The notes: generated by a model not told the origin, from the sequence alone. 64,000 nt of DNA from Desulfobacterales bacterium (GCA_021737275.1 JAIPEE010000002.1:115525-179524); one strand, 5' to 3'; positions 51,860 to 61,811 are shown, counted from the stretch's first letter. A program made the numbers and translations.

Positions 51860-53092
51860 ATGAAATCCTACGCGATAATAGCAAAACCAATTGGTCCAAT
51901 TTGTAATCTGGATTGCCGTTACTGCTATTATAATGAAAAAAAATCACTATATCCCGAAAGTAAATCTTTTCGGATGACAATTGAAGTTTTAGAGTCCTTC
52001 ATCAAACAGTATATTGAAGCCCAGGGTGTCCCGGAAATACAGTTTGTCTGGCAGGGCGGGGAACCGACCCTGATGGGCGTGGATTTTTTTCGTGAGGTTA
52101 TAAGACTTCAAAATCAATATTCTGCCGGGAAAAAAATATCGAATGCAATACAAACCAATGGCATATTATTGAATGATGAATGGTTCGAGTTCTTGACGGC
52201 TAACCAATTCCTTGTTGGTGTGAGTGTTGACGGGCCTGAACGGTTTCACGATCATTATCGAAGGGACTTTAACAATAAACCGACATTTGAAAAAGTTTTA
52301 CGAAGTATTGAAAGATTAAAACAGCACGGGACTTCGTTTAATACGGTGACTGTTTTACACAATATGAATGTTCAATATCCGCTGGAAGTTTATCAGTTTC
52401 TTAAAGATATTGGGGAGGGGTTTATTCAGTTCATACCAATAATAGAACGCACTACAGGAACCAATACAAATGGTATGGATTTAATTCTGGATTCTCCGCC
52501 AAACCCGACAAAACAAAATGATGACACTAGTGTAACTCAATGGAGTATAAAACCGAATCAGTTTGCTGATTTTTATATACATATTTTTAATGAATGGATC
52601 ATAAAAGATGTGGGGGATTATTTTGTTCAGTTTTTCGATGTTGCGCTAAACAACTGGATGGAAATCCCATCACCTCTGTGTACTTTTTCAAAATCATGCC
52701 GGAATTCAGGTGCATTAGAGCATAACGGAGATATTTATGCCTGTGATCATTATGTTTATCCCGAGTATAAATTAGGTAATATTATGGAAAGTGATATTGC
52801 TCGGATAATGGTATCTCAAAAAGATATTGGACCCAGGAAGATAGAAACACTACCCGGATACTGTAAAAAATGTGAATACTTTTTTGCTTGTAATGGCGGG
52901 TGTCCCAAGCACCGTTTTATTGAATCTCCTGACGGAGAAACCGGTCTGAATTATCTATGTCCGGCATATAAAAAAACATTTAAGCATATGTCTCCTTATT
53001 TGGATTTAATGAAAAAATTGCTACAATCCGGTAGACCGGCATACTTAATAAAGGATTATATAAATAAGCATCCAGCATTGAACAGGAATTAA
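51860..53092 (+). CDS. Anaerobic sulfatase maturase (radical SAM/SPASM)
   Basis: KPIGPICNLDCRYCYY, WQGGEP, QTNG, S.DG, YACDHYV, CKKC...CNGGCPKHR, YLC. Confidence 0.94.
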   Translation: MKSYAIIAKPIGPICNLDCRYCYYNEKKSLYPESKSFRMTIEVLESFIKQYIEAQGVPEIQFVWQGGEPTLMGVDFFREVIRLQNQYSAGKKISNAIQTNGILLNDEWFEFLTANQFLVGVSVDGPERFHDHYRRDFNNKPTFEKVLRSIERLKQHGTSFNTVTVLHNMNVQYPLEVYQFLKDIGEGFIQFIPIIERTTGTNTNGMDLILDSPPNPTKQNDDTSVTQWSIKPNQFADFYIHIFNEWIIKDVGDYFVQFFDVALNNWMEIPSPLCTFSKSCRNSGALEHNGDIYACDHYVYPEYKLGNIMESDIARIMVSQKDIGPRKIETLPGYCKKCEYFFACNGGCPKHRFIESPDGETGLNYLCPAYKKTFKHMSPYLDLMKKLLQSGRPAYLIKDYINKHPALNRN

Positions 53093-53113
53093 TATATAAA
53101 AGGAGGAAGTCGA

Positions 53114-54583
53114 ATGCCAACAATCAAGCCTAATATTGTTTTTATCTATGTTGATAATCATCCTGGTGCTATTTCGGGTTATGCAGGTAATTCTGAAATA
53201 CATACTCCAAATCTGGATCAATTAGCAAAGGAAGCAACCAGTTTCAGTAATGCTTATTGCCCCAATACAATGTGTTCGCCCTGCCGGGCATCGGTGCTCA
53301 CAGGTAAGATTCCTTCACAGCATGGTGTTCACACATGGATAGATGATGATTGCTCTTCTGATTGGCCCGAAACATGGAATGCAATTGCTGAATTTGATAC
53401 GCTGCCGGAACAGCTTTCCCGGGAAGGGTACGATACTGCCTTAATTGGGAAATATCATTTGGGCGATGCCAAAAGCGCAAAGGATATGTTTGATGAATGG
53501 GTGACTATGCAAATTGGCCATGTTCAATCATTTTATGAAAATGATATTCTTGACGGTGACAAAACATATAAACATCCCGGCCACTCCGTTGACTTTTTTA
53601 CTGATAAGGCAATTGAATATCTTGATCGGCGCAGTGATGAAAAAGAAACACCGTTTTTTCTCTTTCTAACCTATCCGGCTCCCTATGGACACTGGCCGTC
53701 AATTCAGGGAGAACCGAATAATCGTTATGCAGATTTATATAAAAACACGGAAATGAAAACAATACCCCGTGAAGGTGTTAGTAAAGAGATGATTAAGTGG
53801 ATTCAACTGGTAAACGAAAAAGGCCTTGAAGAGGATTATAGTTATATGCTTCAGATACCTAATGATATGCCGACGCTTCGAAATTATTTTTCACAGATAA
53901 CCATGGTTGATGATGGTGTAGGGCGTGTAGAAAAAGCCCTGAAAAGAAACGACCTGTTTAAAAATACGCTTTTTATTTATGCTTCTGATCACGGAATGTC
54001 TCTTGGACAACATGGTTTTTGGGGCCATGGAGAAGATACATGGCCATCAAATGCGCACCATGAAGCTCATTATATCCCGCTGATAATTAAAACACCTGGG
54101 GGTTTTAATGGCGAGAAAGGAGACGTTTGTAATCTTGTCGGCACAACAGATATGTATGCTACCATTTTGGATTATGTGGGTCTGGAGCAACCGTCGAAAG
54201 AAGATAGTCCGGCAAGAAGCTTGCGGCCATTGATAGAAAACAAAACGATTGACTGGGATGATGTATGCTTTATGGAGCAAGAGGAGACCCGAACAATCCG
54301 AACAAAAAAATGGTTGTTTATGAAACGTCTTGATACTACACCTTATGCATTTGAAAATGAACTTTATGATTTGGAGAGTGATCCGGGTGAACGTAAAAAC
54401 CTTATATCCAGCCCTGAAATGCAGGATACTATCCGGAAATTATCTGAACAAATTGATACATATTTTTCAACGTATTCAAATTCTAAATGGGATCTATGGA
54501 AGGGGGGTACTGTAAAATCCAATTCAACCCGCCCATTCTTATGGAAAGAACATTATGGAGAAGAATGGAAGCCAGGATACTAA
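53114..54583 (+). CDS. Cys-type sulfatase, probably cytoplasmic
   Basis: PNIVFI, HTPNLD, CSPCRAS (CxPxR), GKYHLG, SDHG, LYDLESDPGE..NL; no signal peptide. Confidence 0.93.
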   Translation: MPTIKPNIVFIYVDNHPGAISGYAGNSEIHTPNLDQLAKEATSFSNAYCPNTMCSPCRASVLTGKIPSQHGVHTWIDDDCSSDWPETWNAIAEFDTLPEQLSREGYDTALIGKYHLGDAKSAKDMFDEWVTMQIGHVQSFYENDILDGDKTYKHPGHSVDFFTDKAIEYLDRRSDEKETPFFLFLTYPAPYGHWPSIQGEPNNRYADLYKNTEMKTIPREGVSKEMIKWIQLVNEKGLEEDYSYMLQIPNDMPTLRNYFSQITMVDDGVGRVEKALKRNDLFKNTLFIYASDHGMSLGQHGFWGHGEDTWPSNAHHEAHYIPLIIKTPGGFNGEKGDVCNLVGTTDMYATILDYVGLEQPSKEDSPARSLRPLIENKTIDWDDVCFMEQEETRTIRTKKWLFMKRLDTTPYAFENELYDLESDPGERKNLISSPEMQDTIRKLSEQIDTYFSTYSNSKWDLWKGGTVKSNSTRPFLWKEHYGEEWKPGY

Positions 54584-54622
54584 TATTAATGAACTTTCGT
54601 CATAATTCTGACCAAAAACACA

Positions 54623-54652
54623 AAAGAGGTGACAGAATTTTGTCACCTCTTT
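54623..54652. terminator. Bidirectional terminator hairpin
   Basis: aaagaggtgaca-gaattt-tgtcacctcttt between convergent genes. Confidence 0.85.
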
Positions 54653-54689
54653 CATTGGCTCTTTCATAAATTACAACCGGGCATTTGGG

Positions 54690-55136
54690 TTAAACATAGT
54701 CACCCCTTTTAAATTTCATATATTCAACACTGGCTGTGATGGCAGTTTGTGTTGCAATGTCTTTAAGGCGGTCATCCTTTTCAAGGGTATCGCCGGCCTC
54801 AAGATTCAGCTCCAGTGCATTGTTATTGATTTCATCAATGAGTGGCTCAAGATCTTTAAGGGTATTTTCGGGATTTTCCATATCTTTTGAATAGTTGTCC
54901 AGAAGATTGAGCAAATTGATTGTTTTATTCATAATATTTTCAGTCGGTGTTTTAACCTGATTAAACATAACTGAAGCAATTTCACCCAGTGAACCGACCG
55001 GCTGGTTGGCTGCAGTCCCGGCTGTTTCCCGCGCCGCAGCTTTATCCAGTGTTTGCTGAAACTTGTCGGCGGCGGTAGTCTTTTTTTGCGTATTTACAAA
55101 ATGTGTTTTTGCAATGACGCCTGTAATCTTATCCAT
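54690..55136 (-). CDS. Hypothetical helical protein downstream of flgM
   Basis: ORF with an AAGGAG RBS before the ATG at 55136; ends EYMKFKRGDYV. Confidence 0.7.
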   Translation of the reverse strand: MDKITGVIAKTHFVNTQKKTTAADKFQQTLDKAAARETAGTAANQPVGSLGEIASVMFNQVKTPTENIMNKTINLLNLLDNYSKDMENPENTLKDLEPLIDEINNNALELNLEAGDTLEKDDRLKDIATQTAITASVEYMKFKRGDYV

Positions 55137-55183
55137 GAAAAGCTCCTTGGGGCTTAGATTCATTACGCTGAAAATATTAATGC

Positions 55184-55213
55184 AAAAAAAGAGCCGGCAT
55201 TATTGCCGGCTCC
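55184..55213 (-). terminator. Rho-independent terminator after flgM
   Basis: gagccggca stem with a short loop, then T7 on the minus strand. Confidence 0.75.
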
Positions 55214-55341
55214 GAAATAATTTAATTTAGTTATATAATTACAGTTATTTATGATAATATGTAATATTTAACTTTATATGGCTTCTTATTATAAAATGGG
55301 AAAAAATTGCCTAGCTGGGTATTATGTAAACAAAGTTGCAA

Positions 55342-55665
55342 TTATACCTGTTCACTGATAATGGATCCCACCATTTTGTTTGCTACCTGATCCGCATCAA
55401 GTGGATATTGGCCATTCTGATAAGCCATTCTGGCCTCTTCAACCATTTCCTGTCGAACGTCCTGTGATTCGGCAACCGCTTCCTCAGCCAACTGCATCTC
55501 TCTGGAGGTTTCGGAAAGACTGACAACAACATCTTCGCTTGTTGTTTCCTGCTCAGGCCGATCTGTCCGTTCTCTTTTTGTCGATTCCTTTGTTTTATCC
55601 TGTTCAGAAGCTTCTTTAATCTGGGCCTGACGCTCGTAAGTGTTTGTGGCGTCGAATATTTTCAT
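55342..55665 (-). CDS. flgM: Anti-sigma-28 factor FlgM
   Basis: DVVVSLS...DVRQEMVEEAR.AYQNGQYPLDADQVANKM, the FlgM C-terminal pattern. Confidence 0.82.
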   Translation of the reverse strand: MKIFDATNTYERQAQIKEASEQDKTKESTKRERTDRPEQETTSEDVVVSLSETSREMQLAEEAVAESQDVRQEMVEEARMAYQNGQYPLDADQVANKMVGSIISEQV

Positions 55666-55680
55666 AATGATTCCTCCGCT

Positions 55681-56103
55681 TTATGATTCCATGTTTTTAT
55701 CGACAGCCACTTTTACAAGTTCTTCAAGCCGTTTGATTAAAAAGTTGGAATCTTCAACAGAAAGAGTCTGAGTGACCTTTTCGTTGTTTTCATCTAATGT
55801 ATTATAAATAAAGTTGGATCCACCCTTTGGAATAATTTCAATCTCTTTCCCAATTTCATTTTTAAGCTGCTTGATGATGTCTTCTTCCGACTCATCTTGC
55901 GGGCCGAAATGGGTGATCCTGTTTATAATCTCTGCAGAAACCTGTTCAATTACCGCCTGACGCTTACCCTCGGAAGAGAGCTCTGTGCTGTCGGTAGCCC
56001 TCTCCTGGGCAAATTCTTTTTGGCGGTTTATAAGTTTACTCTGGCTCAACTGCCGGGTGTAAACTTTCAATATGTTATTTATCTGATACGAAGGTATCTG
56101 CAT
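55681..56103 (-). CDS. DVU0524-like FlgM-associated protein
   Basis: M.I.SYQINNILKVY..Q...D..ELS.EGKRQ..IE.V...I pattern; directly upstream of flgM. Confidence 0.72.
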   Translation of the reverse strand: MQIPSYQINNILKVYTRQLSQSKLINRQKEFAQERATDSTELSSEGKRQAVIEQVSAEIINRITHFGPQDESEEDIIKQLKNEIGKEIEIIPKGGSNFIYNTLDENNEKVTQTLSVEDSNFLIKRLEELVKVAVDKNMES

Positions 56104-56126
56104 ATAAACCTAACTCCTTACGCACG

Positions 56127-56154
56127 CTATCGGCATCTTTTTTAGAAAACTAAA
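56127..56154 (-). promoter_or_regulatory. Sigma-28 (FliA) promoter
   Basis: Minus strand TTAGTTTT-N11-GCCGATAG versus the consensus TAAAGTTT-N11-GCCGATAA; upstream of the flgM operon. Confidence 0.72.
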
Positions 56155-56201
56155 GAAAAAAATGCCATACCCTCGCATTATTTTTACCAGAGATTAACTG
56201 A

Positions 56202-56714
56202 TTATTTTCTCTGCAAACTATATGCCGCATAATACATCCTGATGAAATTTTTATGGCTTTTAAATGCAACTACGGGCATTTCATCATACGGAAAAAAGGC
56301 CAGGTCCGATGCATCGTCCCCGGCTACAGGTTTTCCTGAAAATTGTTTTACAAGATATCCCACCATCAAAACCGTATGATACTGTGCGCTGGTATTGGTG
56401 GTGACGCCCAAAAGGCGGCTGATTTTTCCGGTCAGACCGGTTTCTTCCTTTAATTCTCTTAAGGCTGCCTGTTCAGGCAACTCTCCAAGTTCCATAAAGC
56501 CGCCCGGCAGACACCAATGGCCCTTTTTAGGTTCAACACGTCTTTTGACCAGCAAAAGATGTTCATTTTCATCAATTGTAACGAGACATGATGCCGGAAC
56601 CGGGTTTTCATATATAGGTGTGTTGCACTTTGAACAGAAAAGCCGTTCCCGATCTTCAGTAAATTTTTTTATTAAAGCATTGCCACAAAAATGGCAATGA
56701 GTCTTATCAGGCAT
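56202..56714 (-). CDS. Zinc-ribbon NUDIX hydrolase
   Basis: CHFCG...CSKC, Nudix box GGFMELGELPEQAALRELKEETGL. Confidence 0.92.
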   Translation of the reverse strand: MPDKTHCHFCGNALIKKFTEDRERLFCSKCNTPIYENPVPASCLVTIDENEHLLLVKRRVEPKKGHWCLPGGFMELGELPEQAALRELKEETGLTGKISRLLGVTTNTSAQYHTVLMVGYLVKQFSGKPVAGDDASDLAFFPYDEMPVVAFKSHKNFIRMYYAAYSLQRK

Positions 56715-56716
56715 AA

Positions 56717-57994
56717 TCAGTCGTCAAAATTTCCTTTCTCGCCGTTATCACTATCTAATGTTGCTGCCCGCTCTATAATTTTTTCAGGTGTCCAGTTGTC
56801 CGGATCTTCAATTCGTTCGGCATTCGGACCGGGATCATATGAACCGCACTTGATAATATCATCAATAGCCGGGGAAGCTGAATCACGGGCGTTAAATATA
56901 TTGACCAGCATGTTGTAAACAAAAGCTTCCACACGTTTTACCATACGATCACGAACTTCTATCGGTTGGCCAAGCAGTCTGTTTTCAAATGGAAGGTTAA
57001 GTTTTTTATAATTGCCGCCCTTTATACCCTTTTCATCGGCATAGGCAACCATTCGGGCCCACATTTCTTCGGTTACGCCTTCTCCTTTGACCTTGATAAA
57101 ATTACCGTCATTATCGAGCGTGGCGTTGCCGTCATCATTCACCTCAAGCCCCCATGAGATCATCTGGAGCGCCGTGGCAACATTTGCTTTGGTTGTTCTG
57201 GTTTGAGAGGCGATTTCCCTTAATTTTTCAGAACTGTTACCGGATGTACCATGTTGAGCACCGGATGTTTTATATGGTAAAAGCGCATTATGAATTTCAG
57301 CAGTAAGTCCGGTCTGGATACCCTGGCCGCTGGCTTCGAGCCCATGGGTTGTACCATTATTTAATGCAATCCAGTTTGGGAAAATATTATGGGCATTAAG
57401 TCCCTTTATTAAAAATGAGGCATCATCGACCGTTGAAAGACCGGTACTGCCCTTTATTTCACCGACCTCGGTTTCAAGCCCTGCCCACTCGGGTATATAC
57501 CGGTTCAGTTCAATATTGGCCAGAAGGTTTTTATCATCCGGCATATGTGATGCATCAATAGCAATTGAAGTTATACCTGCATCAAATATTGTCGGGATTT
57601 CTATTTTTGCCGGTCCGATATCATCTTCCTTTTTGATGCCGTAATGGTCGGCATGCACGGCGATGGGAACGGTTATGCCCATCTCATTACAAAGCGCATC
57701 AACATGTCTGGCTATATTCCAGTAACTGACCGGGCAATATGCATTGGCACCGCCTTCTGATCGTGCAATTTCAATTATCAGGGCGGCATTTGCTTTCTGG
57801 GCTGCCTTGAGGGCACCCTTGATGACAAAATAGCTTCTGCCATTGGCAGCCATAGTCATGGCACTGCCTTTGGCGGTCAGTGCGCGGTCAATATATTTCC
57901 CACTGACAATCAGGGCCCGGGAGTTTGGGAAAAGGCGTTTGATGTTTGGTGGACGTCCGATTTTCAGAGCTTTTTCAAAGTCGGGTGAAGTCAT
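56717..57994 (-). CDS. fba: Class II fructose-bisphosphate aldolase
   Basis: HADH, IDASH, ETEVGEI, NGTTHG, QHGTSG, KANVAT. Confidence 0.88.
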   Translation of the reverse strand: MTSPDFEKALKIGRPPNIKRLFPNSRALIVSGKYIDRALTAKGSAMTMAANGRSYFVIKGALKAAQKANAALIIEIARSEGGANAYCPVSYWNIARHVDALCNEMGITVPIAVHADHYGIKKEDDIGPAKIEIPTIFDAGITSIAIDASHMPDDKNLLANIELNRYIPEWAGLETEVGEIKGSTGLSTVDDASFLIKGLNAHNIFPNWIALNNGTTHGLEASGQGIQTGLTAEIHNALLPYKTSGAQHGTSGNSSEKLREIASQTRTTKANVATALQMISWGLEVNDDGNATLDNDGNFIKVKGEGVTEEMWARMVAYADEKGIKGGNYKKLNLPFENRLLGQPIEVRDRMVKRVEAFVYNMLVNIFNARDSASPAIDDIIKCGSYDPGPNAERIEDPDNWTPEKIIERAATLDSDNGEKGNFDD

Positions 57995-58154
57995 GGCTCA
58001 ACCTCCTTTTTTTGGCTGATTAAGTTATAGAATATATTAAATAAAAATATTAATATAAATGATATCGGTTCCAAATTCAATCACATAATGATGTGGTTCG
58101 GGTTTTTTAAAAACATTCTGAATTCATGAAGGAAAAGTTTAGCTGTTTTTTAAA

Positions 58155-58179
58155 TGAAAAACCGGAGGCGGTTTTTTCA
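58155..58179. terminator. Terminator-like hairpin
   Basis: tgaaaaaccg-gagg-cggttttttca. Confidence 0.55.
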
Positions 58180-58204
58180 GATAACAAATCCGGATAGAAA
58201 ATAA

Positions 58205-58465
58205 TCAGGCGAAGATGTTAATTAATAAACCCAGCGTATCAGGTATGGGATTAATTGTACGCCCGGCATTATAGATTGCCTCTTCAGGGTCAGGTTCAAG
58301 GCGTCCGGTATTTGTACGGGCTGTATATTGCTCAACAGACCGCTGGTCCCGTGTCATGAGCTGCCGGTCTTGAGATTGCAAATCCGGATAGCTTGTGCCC
58401 CCGCGAATTGATTGATGCTGATCTGAGCCATAGGGGACCAGAGATTGTTGAAGCGGAATTATCAT
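58205..58465 (-). CDS. Small hypothetical protein
   Basis: 86-aa ORF filling the gap after the ABM gene; C-terminus GLLINIFA. Confidence 0.55.
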   Translation of the reverse strand: MIIPLQQSLVPYGSDQHQSIRGGTSYPDLQSQDRQLMTRDQRSVEQYTARTNTGRLEPDPEEAIYNAGRTINPIPDTLGLLINIFA

Positions 58466-58487
58466 AAATTAATACACATTATATTCA

Positions 58488-58775
58488 TCAATGGTACTGA
58501 TATACCTCATATTCGGTTTTTTCACCCAGTAAATCATCAATTTCATCCTGGACTTCGGTTCGTTCATCACTGAGAATCCATGCGCGCCAGTTTTCAAATG
58601 ACTGCCAGGTACTGATAACAAGATAATGACCGGGATGGTCAATCCGTTTAAGGGTCTCCCCCGAAATGTAGCCCGGCTGACGAAATGCAAGGTTTCTTAT
58701 CTTGATTAGCAATGGAAACAGGCTCTCTGTTTTGTCCGGCAGAACCTTTCTTTTGATAAACACTTTGATGGCCAT
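58488..58775 (-). CDS. Antibiotic biosynthesis monooxygenase (ABM) domain protein
   Basis: QPGYISGETL, YLVISTWQSFENW..W..S.ER; RBS AAAGGGGG before the ATG at 58775. Confidence 0.88.
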   Translation of the reverse strand: MAIKVFIKRKVLPDKTESLFPLLIKIRNLAFRQPGYISGETLKRIDHPGHYLVISTWQSFENWRAWILSDERTEVQDEIDDLLGEKTEYEVYQYH

Positions 58776-59161
58776 TTTTCCCCCTTTCATGTTGATGGTT
58801 AATCATCAGTTTACGGAAATAAAAGTAGACGAAGTTTAACGTTGTATGGAAAAAATTGCCTGGTTTAAATGTAACATTCCAGGGCAATTCCTGCGGTAAG
58901 ATTAAGAAAAAGTAAGCTGAAACAGGGTCGGAATTTGCAAGGCATCTGAGATATAACTGCCTGCATCACTTACAAATATGTATAAAAAAGGCATCAGTGT
59001 CAAGGAAAAATACCTGGCCCGCATAAATTGTCTGAATGGAATAAAATACATTAAACCGATTAGCTTTATGCAATAATTATGCCCTGGAAAAATATCGAAA
59101 TGTTATTTCACAAAGAAGCTTTTTTTAGAAAAGTTATGATATATGAAAAGATATTTTTTCC

Positions 59162-59203
59162 ATTCAGAGCCGGAGGGTTTGATTTGTTCCTCCGGCTCTG
59201 AAT
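59162..59203. terminator. Strong hairpin downstream of the AOR gene
   Basis: attcagagccggagg / cctccggctctgaat 15-bp perfect stem. Confidence 0.7.
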
Positions 59204-59227
59204 TTGGTATTTATAATACAGGATGTG

Positions 59228-61066
59228 TCAGAGGCCTAACTCACTTAATTTCGTATCGCCTGGAATGCCCTTATCACTCCATCCACGCGCAGAATAATAG
59301 TCAGGCAGCATCTCTTCAAGATGGACTACGTGTCCCTTGCCCGGCCCTTCGGGCATAGGCTCTTCCAGCATTCTTGGCGGAAGTGTATCGTCTTTATATG
59401 TCAGCCCGGCCTTAAGATTAAACAGTTTTTCCAGGTTAAATATTCTTTCTCCGGTTTTTAAAAATCCTTCAAGCCCACCAAACTTTAAGCCGGTACCCGT
59501 TTCCATCAGTTTGATAAATACATTCGGATCCGGCGAACCGATGATGATGAAGTTACAGATCCCGGAAGAGTCAATCATGCAGTAAAAATCCTGAACATCT
59601 TTTACCACCTGTGGTTTGCCTTCAGTGCTGAAACGGTCGATCGCACCACCGGTTTCGATGATATTGATGAGAGCGATACCGAAAAATTCTAGACAATGGA
59701 CTTCCTGGCGGATGTGACATCCGCCCCTGTTTGAGGTAGCATATGCCAGTGCAAAACCCTGACCGCCGCGGGGATCATAACTGGGGAACTCCTGCTTTTT
59801 AGATGTCATGGAGAGTTCAGGGTGTCCGTATGACTCAGCGAGCCGGTATGAGCCTTCAGCAAGAGCATTTCCGAAGCCTTCACGCATAGCAGTCTGTTTG
59901 AGAAGCTCAACAACCGCATGGCCGTTTCCAAACTTCAGGTCCAAACCAATATCACTTTTGGGAATAAATCTCTTCTCGGTCAACTCCATGGCACAGGCAA
60001 TGGTTGATCCCGCAGTAATCGTATCCATTCCCATCTCATTGCAGATATGATTGGCTTTAATTACCGCTTCAATATTGTCGACGCCGCAGGCAGAACCTAA
60101 TGCGCCCAGTGATTCATATTCCGGTCCTTCGCCTTCACCCTTGAATTCTCCATCGGGTACTCGGGTTACGCGACCGCAGGCCAGGGGACATGAAAAGCAA
60201 GCCTTAGTTTTTCGGGCACCCCGGAGGTTGTACTTTGCAGCCATGGTTGCGCCGCCGATTTTGGCTGCACCTTCAAACATGCCTTGCTGGTGATTTCTAG
60301 TAGGTAGCAAACCTACTTCATTTGAAAATTCTACCACGTCAGCTGTGCCGTATTTGGCCAAAACTTCAGACATGTATGGATCATGAAACTCTTTTTGAGC
60401 AGCCAGAATCGCATCCCTGAATCCTGCCGGGTCAGCAACTCTTACGCCATTTGTGCCGCGAACGGCAACTGCTTTAAGGTTTTTGGAACCCATAACGGCA
60501 CCTACGCCGGACCGTCCTGCTGCACGTCCCTTATCATTCATAATGTTGGCAAACTTGACCAGATTTTCACCAGCGGGGCCTATGCAGGCAACTTTGGCTT
60601 CGGGATCGGTTTGTTCTATAACCCTATCCGTTGTTGTAATTACATCTTTACCCCAGAGTTCATCGGCACTTCTGAGTTCGGCATGATCATTTTGAATCCA
60701 GAGATAAACCGGTGAAGAAGCTTTTCCTTCAAAAATGATCATATCATAACCGGCAAATTTTAATTCAGACGGAAAATATCCGCCTGCATTGGAATTCGCA
60801 ATGGCGCCTGTTAAAGGGGCTTTTGTTACGACCATATAGCGGCCGGCTGCCAGGGCGCCGGTTCCTGTTAACGGGCCGGTAGCAAATATCAGTTTATTTT
60901 CAGGTCCGAGCGGATCTACTGCCGGGTCAATTTCATCATACAGATATTTAATACCTAGTCCGCGCCCACCGATGTAGTCTTTTGCAATTTTTTCATCCAG
61001 AGCTTCAGTGGTAATATTGCCACTGGTCAGGTTTACTCTTAATATCCTGCCAATCCATCCGTTCAT
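59228..61066 (-). CDS. aor: Tungsten-dependent aldehyde:ferredoxin oxidoreductase family catalytic subunit
   Basis: ILRVNLT, GGRGLG, CIGPAGEN, AAGRSGVGAVMGSKNLKA, CFSCPLACG, EYE, GMDTI, DPRG, TSNRGGCH, DTLPPR, YY..RGW. Confidence 0.93.
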   Translation of the reverse strand: MNGWIGRILRVNLTSGNITTEALDEKIAKDYIGGRGLGIKYLYDEIDPAVDPLGPENKLIFATGPLTGTGALAAGRYMVVTKAPLTGAIANSNAGGYFPSELKFAGYDMIIFEGKASSPVYLWIQNDHAELRSADELWGKDVITTTDRVIEQTDPEAKVACIGPAGENLVKFANIMNDKGRAAGRSGVGAVMGSKNLKAVAVRGTNGVRVADPAGFRDAILAAQKEFHDPYMSEVLAKYGTADVVEFSNEVGLLPTRNHQQGMFEGAAKIGGATMAAKYNLRGARKTKACFSCPLACGRVTRVPDGEFKGEGEGPEYESLGALGSACGVDNIEAVIKANHICNEMGMDTITAGSTIACAMELTEKRFIPKSDIGLDLKFGNGHAVVELLKQTAMREGFGNALAEGSYRLAESYGHPELSMTSKKQEFPSYDPRGGQGFALAYATSNRGGCHIRQEVHCLEFFGIALINIIETGGAIDRFSTEGKPQVVKDVQDFYCMIDSSGICNFIIIGSPDPNVFIKLMETGTGLKFGGLEGFLKTGERIFNLEKLFNLKAGLTYKDDTLPPRMLEEPMPEGPGKGHVVHLEEMLPDYYSARGWSDKGIPGDTKLSELGL

Positions 61067-61545
61067 TGGCTGTCCTCCTTCTGCTGATAAAATTTTTCTG
61101 CCGTTGCCCTTGTTTTTTTTAGGGAACTCTCTTCCATATCTTTAAATTCGATGGCACCAGGTACACAAAAAACTGCACACTCAGGTTCTCCGCCACACAG
61201 ATCGCATTTCTGGGCAAAACCATCATCCTGAACGGTAATACTGCCAAAAGGGCAGGCCAGCATGCACATTTTACAGCCCACACATTTTTCAGTATCTACC
61301 TTGACGACAAAGGCGCCATTTGCTTCAGAGGCATAAAGCGCACCTGTCGGGCATACTTCTTTACAGAAGGGTTTGTTGCATTGATAGCACACCACCGGAA
61401 CATAAAAAGCCTTGTCTGCAAAAATACTGACATGAATAGCAGACTTGGCAGGATTGAATTCACCGTGATGCTTGAATGAGCATGCCAGCTCACATGATCT
61501 GCACCCGGTGCATTTATCCAGGTCAACAACTAAAGCTTTTGGCAT
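61063..61545 (-). CDS. 4x[4Fe-4S] electron-transfer subunit
   Basis: CTGCRSCELAC, CYQC..PFCKEVCP, CVGCKMCMLACP, CDLCGGEPECAVFC; ATGA overlap with aor. Confidence 0.94.
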   Translation of the reverse strand: MPKALVVDLDKCTGCRSCELACSFKHHGEFNPAKSAIHVSIFADKAFYVPVVCYQCNKPFCKEVCPTGALYASEANGAFVVKVDTEKCVGCKMCMLACPFGSITVQDDGFAQKCDLCGGEPECAVFCVPGAIEFKDMEESSLKKTRATAEKFYQQKEDSQ

Positions 61546-61560
61546 AAAACCTCCTTTTGC

Positions 61561-61806
61561 TTATCCGCCTGTCATGGGCATAAAAATACTAACCCTGTCA
61601 TCCTGTTTTAATGATTGAGGCGGCATAGCATGAATGCCGTTTATAAAAATTAATTTAGGTAAGTCTGATGGCAGTCCAATCTCATCGGTCAGAAGGTGTT
61701 CCACTGTGCTGCCGTCCGAAAGCGACATGTCGAACCGTTTTCCTGTCATGCCCTTGGGGAGGAACTTCATGAAACCATGATGGATTTTTACATTTATTGA
61801 GACCAT
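61561..61806 (-). CDS. MoaD/ThiS-family sulfur carrier
   Basis: Ubiquitin-like 81-aa protein ending in GG. Confidence 0.88.
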   Translation of the reverse strand: MVSINVKIHHGFMKFLPKGMTGKRFDMSLSDGSTVEHLLTDEIGLPSDLPKLIFINGIHAMPPQSLKQDDRVSIFMPMTGG

Positions 61807-61811
61807 GATAA

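Noticed and set aside
59091-59112. Rex-like site (TTCACAAA)
   Set aside because: Only one half-site matches
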